This document shows positions 42,416 through 54,529 of a stretch of 64,000 nucleotides of DNA, piece by piece (within the stretch, counting starts at the first letter, position 1; each line of letters starts with the position of its first letter). The notes under the pieces are model-generated. The model was not told the origin of the DNA and did not search any database. It saw only the letters and a list, made by a program, of their open reading frames with translations. A program made the translations under genes and the position numbers. Location of the stretch: contig NW_005201493.1 in assembly GCF_000372725.1 (NCBI RefSeq), positions 342,475 through 406,474 of the forward strand. The letters run 5' to 3'. Origin of the DNA: Emiliania huxleyi CCMP1516 (Eukaryota).

Positions 42416-45400
42416 TTATAATTTGGAAGGGTCGAGGCTGTACGTGCAGACGCACTCCATGCAAAAGAGGCGCTCCGGCGGCCGCGCGAGCACGCGCGCG
42501 AACCGCTCGCTCGGCGTCTCAGCGCCGTACCGCCCATAGTCGGCAGGGACGGCGCCCGTGGGCGGCGGCGGCTGCGCGGGCGGCGTCACGCCACGCAGCA
42601 AGTTGATCGCGGACAAAGACAGCGACGCCTCGCACGCACAGAGCCCCGGCGGCGGCGCGGGAGCCGCCGCCGCCGCCGCGGAAGCCGCCGCCGCCGCCGC
42701 GGAAGCCGCCGCCGCCGCCGCGCGACCGGCCTCGTCGGCCGCACCCTCGTCAGCCGCGCCCTTGTCAGCCGCGCCCTCGACGGCCGCGCCCTCGACGGCC
42801 GCAAGGATCTGCTCCGCGATCGCGCGGACGACCGGCACGCACACCGCGTTGCCAAGCTGCGTGTACAGCTTGCCGCCCCGCAGGACAAAGCTGTCTGGGA
42901 AGCCTACCGCACCACCCACGGGACTGAACCCACACCGGATTCGGCACTCTGGAGGTATGGTAGGACGCCCTGCAGCCGCGCGCACTCGCGCTCCGTGTAG
43001 AAGCGAGGCCTGCCCGAGATGACCCAAGATTACCCGAGAGTACCCGAGATCACCCGAGATCACCCGAGATGACCCGAGATGACCCGAGATGACCCGAGAT
43101 GACCCGAGATGACCCGAGATGACCCGAGATGACCCGAGAGGACTTTGTGTAGAAGCGAGGCCTGCCCGCCCGATCCCACGGGTCCGCGTCGCCCGCGCCG
43201 CCGCTCGCCCGCCGCGCCTCCTCCCCGCCCCNNNNNNNNNNNNNNNNNNNNNNNNNNNNNNNNNNNNNNNNNNNNNNNNNNNNNNNNNNNNNNNNNNNNN
43301 NNNNNNNNNNNNNNNNNNNNNNNNNNNNNNNCTCCAGAGTCTCGAATCCAGTGTGGGTTCAGCTCCTTGGGTGGTGCGGTAGCAGAGAAGGGAGGTGCGG
43401 GGCCTACGCGGCGAAGGCACTAGCCTCGGGGGCAGGAAGACGGTGCTGTGCCGTGTCTAGAGGATATATATAGTGTCTAGAGGACCGCGTGAATGCGAGG
43501 GGGCACGGATGCAGTTGAGTGCGCCTCCCCTCGAGAGCCGTGGGTTGGGAAGACAAGAGAGCACGTCTTCCGCTTCTAGGGCGCGAGGTATGGTGGAGAT
43601 GCGGGGAGATATGGGGAGATCTTCCGCGTCCAGGGCGGCGAGATACGGGGAGATCTGTGGAGATACGGGGAGAGAGGGGGGAGATCTTCCGCTTCTAGGA
43701 GGTACGAGCCGCGCAGCGTGCGCGCGGCGCCGCCGAGCTGGGCGAGCCGCCACTGCGGGTTGGTGCGCCACTCAAGCGACGATCGGACCTGGGCCGCCGC
43801 GAGATTGCTCGAGATTGCTATCTCGCGCGCGAGATTGCCCGAGATGAGGCGTCCGCTCTCGGAGAGGGCGGCCGAGATGCAGAGAGAGAGAGGGGGAGGG
43901 GGAAGAGAGCGAGGTGTGTGCGTGCGTGTGAGGAGAGAGGTGATCGAGAGAGGCGCGAGTGGCCGTGGGAGGCGAGAGAGGGGCTGTGGTGGCGAGATCA
44001 GCCGAGATGCATGAGTTGGCCGTGGGAGGCGAGAGAGGGGCTGTGGTGGCGAGATCAGCCGAGATGCATGAGTTGGCCGTGGGAGGCGAGAGAGGGGCTG
44101 TGGTGGCGAGATCAGCCGAGATGCAAGAGTTGGCCGTGGGAGGCGAGAGAGGGGCTGTGGTGGCGAGATCAGCCGAGATGCATGAGTTGGCCGTGGGAGG
44201 CGAGAGAGGGGCTGTGGTGGCGAGATCAGCCGAGATGCACGAGTTGGCCGTGGGAGGCGAGAGAGGGGCTGTGGTGGCGAGATCAGCCGAGATGCATGAG
44301 TTGGCTGTGGGAGGCGAGAGAGGGGCTGTGGTGGCGAGATCAGCCGAGATGCAAGAGAGACTGAGAGGGCCTGCCGCCACCGCAACACCGCTCAGCTCGT
44401 GTAGGAAGGAAGGAAGGAAGGAAGGAAGGAATGAATGAGAACGAATGAAAACTAAAGTACGCGGACCTGTCGCCACTGCGTCTCGCTCAGCTCGTACCGC
44501 GACCGCTCCTCGTCCGCGAGCGGCTCGAGCAGCTCGCCCAGGGTTCGGTACTGTGGAGGTATGGTACCAGGCGGGGTGCCATGGTACCCTACCCCNNNNN
44601 NNNNNNNNNNNNNNNNNNNNNNNNNNNNNNNNNNNNNNNNNNNNNNNNNNNNNNNNNNNNNNNNNNNNNNNNNNNNNNNNNNNNNNNNNNNNNNNGTGTA
44701 GAAGGGAGGCCTGCCCGCCCGATCCCAGGGGTCCGTGTCGCCCGCGCCGCCGTTCGCCCGCGGCGCCTCTTCCCGGCCCCGGCTTCGGCTTCGGCCGCCC
44801 GGTCCGCCCTCGCCCTCTTGGCCCAGCCGGTGGCCGCACCCCTCTTCTTCTTTTGGTTCGCCCGCTGTGGGGGGGGCCGCTTCCGCCGCCCCTTCCGCCG
44901 CCTCCCCTTCGGCCTCCCTTTCCGCCTCCCTTTCGGCCCCCCCTTCCGCCCCCCCTTCCGCCCCCCCCTCCGCCCCCCCCTCCGCCCCCCCCTCCGCCCC
45001 CCCCTCCGCCACCCTCGCCGCCCCCCCCTCCGCCCCCCCCTCCGCCACCCTCGCCGGCGGCACAAACTCGGAGAAGCGGCTGTACGACTTTCGGTACGAG
45101 CCTACGTGTACCGCACCTCCAGAGTCTCGAATCCAGTGTGGGTTCAGCTCCTTGGGTGGTGCGGTAGCAGAGAAGGGAGGTGCGGGGCCTACGCGGCGAA
45201 GGCACTAGCCTCGGGGGCAGGAAGACGGTGCTGTGCCGTGTCTAGAGGATATATATAGTGTCTAGAGGACCGCGTGAATGCGAGGGGGCACGGATGCAGT
45301 TGAGTGCGCCTCCCCTCGAGAGCCGTGGGTTGGGAAGACAAGAGAGCACGTCTTCCGCTTCTAGGGCGCGAGGTATGGTGGAGATGCGGGGAGATATGGG

Positions 45401-48095
45401 GAGATCTTCCGCGTCCAGGGCGGCGAGATACGGGGAGATCTGTGGAGATACGGGGAGAGAGGGGGGAGATCTTCCGCTTCTAGGAGGTACGAGCCGCGCA
45501 GCGTGCGCGCGGCGCCGCCGAGCTGGGCGAGCCGCCACTGCGGGTTGGTGCGCCACTCAAGCGACGATCGGACCTGGGCCGCCGCGAGATTGCTCGAGAT
45601 TGCTATCTCGCGCGCGAGATTGCCCGAGATGAGGCGTCCGCTCTCGGAGAGGGCGGCCGAGATGCAGAGAGAGAGAGGGGGAGGGGGAAGAGAGCGAGGT
45701 GTGTGCGTGCGTGTGAGGAGAGAGGTGATCGAGAGAGGCGCGAGTGGCCGTGGGAGGCGAGAGAGGGGCTGTGGTGGCGAGATCAGCCGAGATGCATGAG
45801 TTGGCCGTGGGAGGCGAGAGAGGGGCTGTGGTGGCGAGATCAGCCGAGATGCATGAGTTGGCCGTGGGAGGCGAGAGAGGGGCTGTGGTGGCGAGATCAG
45901 CCGAGATGCATGAGTTGGCCGTGGGAGGCGAGAGAGGGGCTGTGGTGGCGAGATCAGCCGAGATGCATGAGTTGGCTGTGGGAGGCGAGAGAGGGGCTGT
46001 GGTGGCGAGATCAGCCGAGATGCATGAGTTGGCCGTGGGAGGCGAGAGAGGGGCTGTGGTGGCGAGATCAGCCGAGATGCATGAGTTGGCCGTGGGAGGC
46101 GAGAGAGGGGCTGTGGTGGCGAGATCAGCCGAGATGCATGAGTTGGCCGTGGGAGGCGAGAGAGGGGCTGTGGTGGCGAGATCAGCCGAGATGCATGAGT
46201 TGGCTGTGGGAGGCGAGAGAGGGGCTGTGGTGGCGAGATCAGCCGAGATGCATGAGTTGGCCGTGGGAGGCGAGAGAGGGGCTGTGGTGGCGAGATCAGC
46301 CGAGATGCATGAGTTGGCTGTGGGAGGCGAGAGAGGGGCTGTGGTGGCGAGATCAGCCGAGATGCATGAGTTGGCCGTGGGAGGCGAGAGAGGGGCTGTG
46401 GTGGCGAGATCAGCCGAGATGCATGAGTTGGCTGTGGGAGGCGAGAGAGGGGCTGTGGTGGCGAGATCAGCCGAGATGCAAGAGAGACTGAGAGGGCCTG
46501 CCGCCACCGCAACACCGCTCAGCTCGTGTAGGAAGGAAGGAAGGAAGGAAGGAAGGAATGAATGAGAACGAATGAAAACTAAAGTACGCGGACCTGTCGC
46601 CACTGCGTCTCGCTCAGCTCGTACCGCGACCGCTCCTCGTCCGCGAGCGGCTCGAGCAGCTCGCCCAGGGTTCGGTACTGTGGAGGTATGGTACCAGGCG
46701 GGGTGCCATGGTACCCTACCCCCACAGTACCCGAACCCAAAGCTCGGTGCGCCGCGCCGCGCGCCGCGGGCAGCGACGGCCACCGAAACGCGGCGGCGGC
46801 GGCGGCGTCGCGGAAGGCGGCGAGGTAGAGGCGCTCGCGGTGCTGCGGCACGAGCGCGGCGGCGTTGGCGAGCTGAAGGCGGCAGTGGTACCTAGAAAAA
46901 GAAAAAAACGTGGCGCCGGCCCTAGAAAAGGAACGCGTGTTTTTCTTTTTCAGGCGGCAGTGATACCCGGCGCGGGTGAGCGCGTGGACGATGATGTGCA
47001 GTGCGTGGCCGTTGTCGACGCGGAGAAGGTTCGGCACATTCTCAAGCAGCAGCGCCGCCGGCCTGCATCCACAGACACGGGCTCCGCCCCTCAGCCTCCC
47101 TCCTCTCTCCTCCCACCGGCCTCCAACAAGACAATCTCTCTCCGGACTCCCTCGAAGGAGCTCGAGGAGGGCCTTGTGTGTGTGCGGAGGTCCGGAGTCC
47201 TCGTCTAGGATTGACCCCCCTGCCTGACGGTGTGGTGTTGGTGCCGCTCTGACTAGTCGATCTCCACGGCGAGCTACAGCGAGCTCCAATGAGAGTCCCG
47301 AGAAGGTGCGCCGTGAAGGTTCCGTACGTGTCTGAAGGTTCACTGTGCTGTCGTGCGATTTCGGCCCCCCGAGGCGGTGCTCTTTGTGTGAAGCTTCCGT
47401 GAAGGTGTCCCGAGAAGGTTCCGTGAAAGTTCGCCTAGCGCCGCCGGCCTGCAGCGCGACGCGACGCGCACAATCTCGAAGAAGAGGTCGCCGCGCGCAT
47501 CGCCCAGCCCGCGCTGCTCGCCGCTCCGCGAGAAGGACTGGCACGGGAAGCCCGCCGTCAGCAAGTCGTGCGCAGGCAGGTCCTCGTCCGGGACCTCCGT
47601 GATGTCGCCCAGAGGCGCGTCGCCAAAGTTCCGCTCGTACGTCGCGGCGGCGCACGGGTCGATCTCGGACGCAAAGACACAGCGGCCGCCGAGGCCGTCG
47701 AGCGCCAGTCGGAAGCCTCCCACGCCGGCGAAGAGCTCGGCGTAGCGGAAGCGCGGCGGCGGAGCCGGCGATGCGGCGGCGGCGGCCGCCGCCGCTGGCG
47801 AAGGCGCGGCGGCGGCTGAGACGTGCCGGTGACCAGTGGCCCAGCGCACCGCGCCGTCGCGAAGGAGGGCGGCAAGCGGAGCCGGGACCAACGACTCGGC
47901 ATCCGAGCCAAACGCGTCGAGCGCCCGTGCGCCCTCCGGCGCGACGGCAACGGCGAGGTGCTCGCAGTCGTACTCGTGCACCTTTGTCCGCTTCTTGCGC
48001 CACTGCCGTTCGTCCAGCGCCTTGATCACGGTCTGGAGGTGGCGCTTTGGCGCGACGACAGCACCAACAGCGACACCGGAGGCTGCTCCAGGCAT
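42416..48095 (-). CDS. C5-cytosine DNA methyltransferase, multi-exon, interrupted by two gaps and a duplicated contig
   Basis: Motif I ELFAGVGGF, II ASEID, III GDITE, IV LTAGFPCQSFS, VI LLENVPNL, VIII PQHRERLY, IX ECARLQG..FP, X LYTQLGNAVCVPVV. Confidence 0.92.
43232..44695. other. Gap-flanked contig duplicating 45117-46722 (probable assembly redundancy or second allele)
   Basis: N100 at both ends; sequence is essentially identical apart from minisatellite copy number (about 7 versus 13). Confidence 0.85.
45744..46482. repeat. Intronic 57-bp minisatellite, about 13 copies
   Basis: Unit gagttggccgtgggaggcgagagaggggctgtggtggcgagatcagccgagatgcat. Confidence 0.97.
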
Positions 48096-49109
48096 GGAGC
48101 AAGGCGACAGGGCGAGGGCCGTAGCCCAGAAACAAGAAAAACGGCTGCGTCCAGAAACAAGAAAAACGACTTGCGTTAAGGGGAAACCTGGTACGCGGGG
48201 CTAACCCTCGGAGAGTATTCTTTAGCTCCGAGTAGAGGGGGCGTTCCGCAGCTAGGGGGGACCCACAGCGCGAGGGAAAAATTCCGCCGCTGGGGGAAAC
48301 CCGGAGCGCAGAACTAACCCTCGGAGACCCGTGTTATGGCCCTGCGACCGCGCACCCCCGGGGCTAGGGCTCTCTTGCCCGCAACCCGATCCCGATCATC
48401 CGGCCCGCTGGGTGCGCTTCTTAGCTCCCCGGCCCTGGATGTGAGGCTGATAACTGCACTCCAAGTGCTCCAAGTGCGTACCCAGAAACAAGAAAAATGA
48501 CGCCCATCCTTGCGTCGAAATCTGGCGCTTTGCGCGTAGTCGCGCCTTAGCAGTCCAAAGACGCGCGCGTCTTTGCCTTGTCGTGGCCGTCCATCTCGAT
48601 GCAGAACGACGCGCCGCGTCTTTGCCTTGTCGCGGCCGTCTATCTCGATGCAAAACACACACGCGGTGCGCATTCAGAGAGAGAGAGATTTTTAGCAATA
48701 CCTCACAGGTGGGGGACCGGATCCTGCTGACCAAGCTCCTCTTGTAGCTCGATCGGTCACACCGCCATCGCCGTCGGGGAGAGGGGGGACGACACTGCTT
48801 CGGCAGCGTGCACCTCGATCCTGTACCGTGTTTGTTATGACCCCCCCCCGATGAACACACCAGTGAGGGAGGGCGAGACGATCGAGGGGTCCCGTACCAT
48901 GCGGAATCGACCCTATCCAGTGCTCAAGTGCTCAAGGTGGGGGACAGAACGCCGGCCGCACCCGGCGTGCTAGCAATCTCCGCGATAATTCGGACCAGCC
49001 TTGATGAGAGATACTTCGTGCGTCCGCGTCGGGCTGGCGGACACATATGCCCTCCTCCCCCCAGCCTCGGCGGCGGGCCCGCACGGCGGGGGAAAATGCG
49101 ACCGCCGCC

Positions 49110-50831
49110 ATGCAGCCCGCCGTGCACCGCGCCCACAGCGCACCAGCGCCTCGCAGCGCTGGCCGGCTGATTCAGGTCACCACCACTGCGAGCGAGGAGG
49201 ACGCCGCGGGCGCGCCAAAACTCAGCTTCCTGCCGCGCGTGAGCATTCGGCTGGGCCTGCGCGCGGGCGGCACTGACGCTTCAGTGAATGGTGACGCGGC
49301 GCGCCGCTCCGTCAGCCTGGTTGTGAAGCGCAGGCCGCGGCCGGGCAAGGTGGTGACCCACACCGTCTCAGTCGACTACCGGGTGGTGCTGTTTGTGGCC
49401 CTCCTCGCACTCATCACCACCGTAACGAGCCTTCCCGTCTCCGATGGCAGCATGCACGATACTACTGATGCTGCCGATGCTGCCCATGGTCGCAGGCTCA
49501 GTTCTGCAGCACCATGCACCACCATGAACATCGAACTGCGGGGCACGAATAAGGACGGCGTCGGGTACAAGGAATCGATCTGCGGCGTTGGTAAATCTTG
49601 CGGCGTTGATGAGCACGGTGTCAAAATGCAAGTTGACCACCGAGTTGAATGCGCAGTAATTCAGTGGGTGCTTGGCATGATGGTCGAAGCTGGCACGGCG
49701 GGTTGTCCTACCACCAATGCAATGGAGAGCTTCAAAACGTTCGTCGTCAATGCAAAGACGAATCTCCAGCGTGTGCCACAAGCGTCCAGTGCCCAAGGGG
49801 GCGGAAACGGGAACTGGGGCTCGCGGATGACAGGTATTCGCAAGCTCAACTCCGAGTTGCTATCCCAACGTCCAGCGGGGTACTACTCCACACTTTTGAT
49901 CAAACAGGGGGAGGCAGCGGTGGAGCTGTTGGAGGCCGATTCTTGCGCAAATGCTCCGCCTTGGTGTCGCGAACTCCTCGAAAATGTGGGAGGCGTGGTT
50001 GGAAAGCAAATGGCATACATATGCAACGGCATCTCAGGCGTCGCGGACTGCGATAAGTTCCGCAAAATGTCAAAACTGCAGGCCCTGGTCGAGAAGCTTG
50101 ATCAGACCTTCGATCCGACCGCCAAACTGATCAAGGATGGAATTAGAAACGCAGGGCAGGTGGCACAGGACATTTACGCGGGGAACGCGGAGGGGAGGGC
50201 GGCGGACGCCTCCCAGGCGGCGAAGGACGCGGTGAAGCAGGCGAAGAAAGAGGCGGCGGCGGCGGAGAAGGCGGCGATAGAGGCGGCGGAGAAGGCGACG
50301 AAAGAGAAGGCGGAGATGGCGATGAAAAAGGCGGCAGGCCAGGCAGCGAAGGCGGAGGAGAAGGCGGCTGCAGAGGCGGCAGCGGCGGCGGCTAAGGGAA
50401 CACTGATGAATGTTGCTAAGGGCGCGGGAACCCTAGGCCTCGGGATCGTAGTCGACCAAGTTGTGGCTCCGGCCATAGCTCCAACCACCGAGCAGATGGG
50501 AGAAGGCGCTAGCGATGCGGTCAAGACGGCCGCATCCCATTTTGGCGTTGACGAGCACAAGGCCGAGGTTGCCGGTGATATAGCTTCCGAGACAGTTTCC
50601 GGGGGTACAAGCATGGCGCTGAGCGAAACGATCGCTGCCTTCATTATCTACCTGCTGACCGGCTTCTTCACTGGGGTCTTTGCACTCAGCATCTCCGCAG
50701 TTTTATACTGGGCCATGTGCCTCCTCATTACCGCCTTCGGCACCGCATGTGTTCTTGCGGTGGGCGGCGCAATAGCGACATGCGTTTCAGGAGATGATGT
50801 TTCAGGAGATGCGTTTCAGGAGATGATGTAA
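49110..50831 (+). CDS. Membrane protein with Cys-containing ectodomain (possible His-Me finger motif), Ala/Lys coiled coil and C-terminal TM helices
   Basis: Long intronless ORF; TM VVLFVALLALITTV; QVDHRVEC...VVNAKTNLQRVP; hydrophobic C-terminus. Confidence 0.7.
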   Translation: MQPAVHRAHSAPAPRSAGRLIQVTTTASEEDAAGAPKLSFLPRVSIRLGLRAGGTDASVNGDAARRSVSLVVKRRPRPGKVVTHTVSVDYRVVLFVALLALITTVTSLPVSDGSMHDTTDAADAAHGRRLSSAAPCTTMNIELRGTNKDGVGYKESICGVGKSCGVDEHGVKMQVDHRVECAVIQWVLGMMVEAGTAGCPTTNAMESFKTFVVNAKTNLQRVPQASSAQGGGNGNWGSRMTGIRKLNSELLSQRPAGYYSTLLIKQGEAAVELLEADSCANAPPWCRELLENVGGVVGKQMAYICNGISGVADCDKFRKMSKLQALVEKLDQTFDPTAKLIKDGIRNAGQVAQDIYAGNAEGRAADASQAAKDAVKQAKKEAAAAEKAAIEAAEKATKEKAEMAMKKAAGQAAKAEEKAAAEAAAAAAKGTLMNVAKGAGTLGLGIVVDQVVAPAIAPTTEQMGEGASDAVKTAASHFGVDEHKAEVAGDIASETVSGGTSMALSETIAAFIIYLLTGFFTGVFALSISAVLYWAMCLLITAFGTACVLAVGGAIATCVSGDDVSGDAFQEMM

Positions 50832-51952
50832 GGAGCGCCTGAAACGCATGCGCTCAGCGCCAGGCGACTGCGATTGATGTCACATCATGTACACTCAGCG
50901 AGAGAAGGAGATCCACGAGTGCACAGAGTGGAGCTGCGGTGGTGTGTACAGGATTCACTCCCATCGAGCATGTGTTTTGTGTGTGAGAGAAATCGCGAGA
51001 GGGAGTTCAGGGGTGGCCGAAGGTTTGCTGCGGTGGTGGGAGGGAGGCGGTGGTGGTGGGGTGGTTTTGAACAGCAAAACGGGACAGTATTTGGGCGATG
51101 AGGGGCGATGAAAGCGATTCACAATGCGGTGAGCGGGCGGGAAGGGCTCAGGCTGGAGATGAGTCAGAGTGGGGCCGCCGGCGGAGCGCCGGTTCTCGCG
51201 CCTATACCGGCTCGTAGTCGTGTGGAGCTCTGACTTGCTCAGTGTGGTGGCGTGTTGTACTAGTAAAGCTGCACCGCATGTTCGCCCGTCTAGGACCTCT
51301 TCGTACGACTCCGAAAACCGCTCCTCTTAATGACGATTACGCGGCCCGGCGCCCCGAGCAGAGAGGGCTGGATTCGGGTCAAGGGCTTGTGGTAGCGACT
51401 AGCGTTGCCGTTGTGCCGCGTGCGTGTGACTCGCTCACGCCATGCTGCGTGGCGCTCTCGATACGGGTGTGGCGCGTCATCGGTAGCGTCTTCATTGCTC
51501 CATCGTGGGCTCGGTACGCTGACGTAGCATAAATGATAAAAAGCCGTAGGGGAGCGGAGAGAGCAGTAAGTGGAAGACGAATTACCCGCCCTCGCAACAA
51601 CCCCAAACACTTGCCACACGTTTTCAGTGCACCTCTCCACATTCATTCAGCACCGACAGCTGCTCAAGCTGCGGGTGTGCGCGATGTCGACAGCGGCGCA
51701 GGCCACCTTACCATGCGCTACAGGCTACGCCTACGGCTCTACAGTAAGCTGTCACAGTAAGTGCCCCGCCACAGCCGGCGCAAGCGACCGCCGGGAGCAG
51801 CGAGCTCCGCCCTACTCCCCTCGATGGGGTAGCCTCCGCCCACTGAGTCGCGGCTGAAATCATGGCCCTCATCGATGAGAGCAAATCCCGCAGCCACCTC
51901 CGTCTGTTGTAAAGGTGAATCCCACCATGGCTGCTGCTGTCCGCTGTTGTCG

Positions 51953-53101
51953 TCAGCCATAGAGCCGCTCCGCAGCCGCCTCCGCCTCGCGCAGCTGCGC
52001 CGCGGCCGGCTCGTCGAGGCACCAGTGCGTCCGCCTAGGAAAGGTCCAGGAAAGGTCTAGGAAAAGTCTAGGAAAGGTCGTCGAGGCACCAGTCCGTCCG
52101 CCCGGCCGCAAGGACGAGCCCTCTAGGAAACGTCTAGGAAATGTCTAGGAAATGTCTAGGAAATGTCTAGGAAACGTCTAGGCAATGTCTCGGAAAGGTC
52201 TAGGAAAGTCCGCCCGGCCGCAAGGACGAGCCCGGCCGGCACCGGCTCGTCGGGCTGCGCGGCAAAGGCGGCGCGCACGGCACTCGCCTTGCTCCCGCCC
52301 GTGACCACGAAGAGGGCGAGCCGCGCGGCGTTGATGGCGGGCAGAGTGAGCGTCACGCGACAGGCCGGCGGCTTTGGCGAGTCGTCCACGTACGTGACCG
52401 CGCGCCCCGTCTCGCAGAGCACCGCATGCGCCGGGAAGAGGGAGGCGGTGTGGCCGTCAGGGCCCATCCCCAGCAGCACCTGTTCACAGCTAGAGGCGTG
52501 AAGAGACGCTGTTCACGGTGTGGCCGTCGGGGCCCATCTCCAGCAACACCTGTTCACAGCTAGAGGCGTGAAGAGACGCTGTTCACGGTGTGGCCGTCGG
52601 GGCCCATCACCAGCAGCACCGCGTCCAACCGCAGCGGCGGGGCCGACTCGGCCTGGGAAGCCGCCGCCGCCGCGCCTCCGCCCGCCGCCGCCGCCGCCTC
52701 ACGGAGCGCCGCGAGAAGCTTCTCTTCGTACAGCTCTGCCGCCTGCGGCAGAGGCAGGGCGGCGGCAACACCGACCGCTTGCACGCTGCCCATCCCCGCC
52801 GGCTCGAGAAAGCGGCGGCGCCACTCCCCGAGGCTGGAGTCTGGGTGCGACTCGGCCACATGCCGCTCGTCCGCGAGGAAGACGCGCCAGCGCGAGAGCT
52901 GGTCGCGTGGGGCGGCGGCGAGGAGCTCGGGCGCCAGCAGCGCCGGGATCGAGCCTCCGGAGACGGCGACGACGAACACGCCTCGCTCCGCGATCGCAGC
53001 GGCCGCAGCCTAGGGTGAGGGTATGGGTGGGGGTGAGGGTGAGGTTGAGGTTGAGGGTGAGGGTGAGGGTTAGGGGTTAGGGTTAGGGTTAGGGGTTAGG
53101 G

Positions 53102-53133
<32 letters not shown>

Positions 53134-53807
53134 TCCTCAAGCAGCAACGCCACGGCGCGAGTGGCGAGGCCATCCGGCGACGCAAAGACCTCGCGCGTCC
53201 TCGCGCCGCGGGCTGTGCCGTCGCCAGCCCCGCCGGCCACGCCCGCAGCCGGGCTCGACGACACGGGTGCTGGCGCCTGCAGGGAAGGCTCCGAGACAGT
53301 TCCGAGAAGGTTCCGAGAAGGTTCCGAGAAGGTGCTGACGGGTGCTGACGCCGGAGCCGGTGCGGCGGGAGCGGCGGGGACGGCTTGCGACGGTGCGGCG
53401 TCGAGCGCCAGAGAGGACAGCCTCTCGAGGCCCGCCGCCCCGCTTGCGCTCGTCGTCGACGGCGCAGCCACGCGAGCCGTGAGCGCCGCCACCGCCTCGC
53501 GCTCCGCAAAGAGGCGGAGCTGCGGGTCGTCGCGCAGGTTGAGCGAGACGAAGATGGGCCGCCCGACCTTGCTGGACAGCCGCTGCGCAAGCCGCTGCGA
53601 GCCAGCGTCGCCCTCGTGGCCGCCGAGCAAGGTCGTTGCCGACGGCGTCGCCGCCCGGCCTCGCGCGCCCGCGCTGGCGGGCACACCCACGGCGAGGGAG
53701 TCGAGGCGGTGATCACCGGAGCCGATCCATAAGTACGCGCCGCCCTCAAGCCAGAGGAGCTGGAAGAAGACCTTCTCCTCGATCAGGGTCGAGCACCAGG
53801 ACTCCAT
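51953..53807 (-). CDS. Fusion of PAC4/PSMG4-like proteasome assembly chaperone domain and 6-phosphogluconolactonase; several introns
   Basis: N-terminus [17 protein letters not shown]...LDSLAVGVP...SATTLLG...[22 protein letters not shown]; then [59 protein letters not shown]. Confidence 0.85.
53010..53135. repeat. Intron made of telomere-like TTAGGG/TGAGGG repeats
   Basis: taggggttagggttagggttaggggttagg flanked by (tgaggg)n. Confidence 0.9.
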
Positions 53808-53857
53808 CGCACCGCGTCGACCAAGAAAAACAAAATTCCTTGAAACAAAATTTCTAT

Positions 53858-54529
53858 TACTCTCGTGAGGCTGTGAAAGCACGCCCAACCTAGCGGATTT
53901 GGGCTCTCAGGGGATTGATGCCCCGAATGGGGCGGCTCAAGGCGATTTGAGATGCGGGCGCCGCCGCCTCCCGGCGGCCAGCCTGACGCCCTCGGGCGCC
54001 GCGCCTCGGGATCTGGGTCTAGTCCGAGGTGGCACGCTCGGCGAATCGGGCGCGGAGGCGACACGCGCGCCCGCTCGGCGCCGAGGTGACCTGGCGCTCG
54101 ACGCCCTCGTTCAAGCGTCATATCGGGCACATCACTGCCTCACGCGCTCCCGCTGCCGCTGTTAGGCTACCTGAGCTAGAGCTCATGATAGTACGACCTC
54201 GCCGACAAGCTACACGCGCTGCTCCGCGCGCAGGTGCCGCGGCACGCCCTGCCACCGCCCGGCGTCGAGCGGCGTCGCTCGCGCTCTCCACACACACACA
54301 GCCGCGCGCGCGCTCTGTGTACTCCCGACGCACACACCCGCGCCCGCGCACACCACTCTCGCGCCCGCTACGCTTGTCCGCGAGCGGCGAGCGCTGCGCG
54401 CCGCGACGCGTCGGCAGCCGCGGCGCCGTGTGACGCAGCGCAGCCCGGCCGCGCACCACAGGTGCAGGTGCTCTCCCTCGTCGATCGCTCGCCGCGGCGG
54501 CAGCGACGCGCCCCGCGGCGGCCGCGCGG
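53858..54529 (+). repeat. Left terminal inverted repeat
   Basis: 53904-54529 is a near-perfect reverse complement of 59639-60264, plus an imperfect outer ~25-bp match. Confidence 0.95.

Noticed and set aside
43332..44595. Tandem duplication within the methyltransferase gene
   Set aside because: Bounded by two N100 gaps and differing only in minisatellite copy number; most likely an unmerged allele or assembly redundancy.
43576..46783. Long repetitive ORFs on both strands
   Set aside because: They are translations of a stop-free 57-bp minisatellite inside an intron.
53010..53135. Chromosome end
   Set aside because: Short, degenerate tract inside a gene with continuous coding sequence on both sides.
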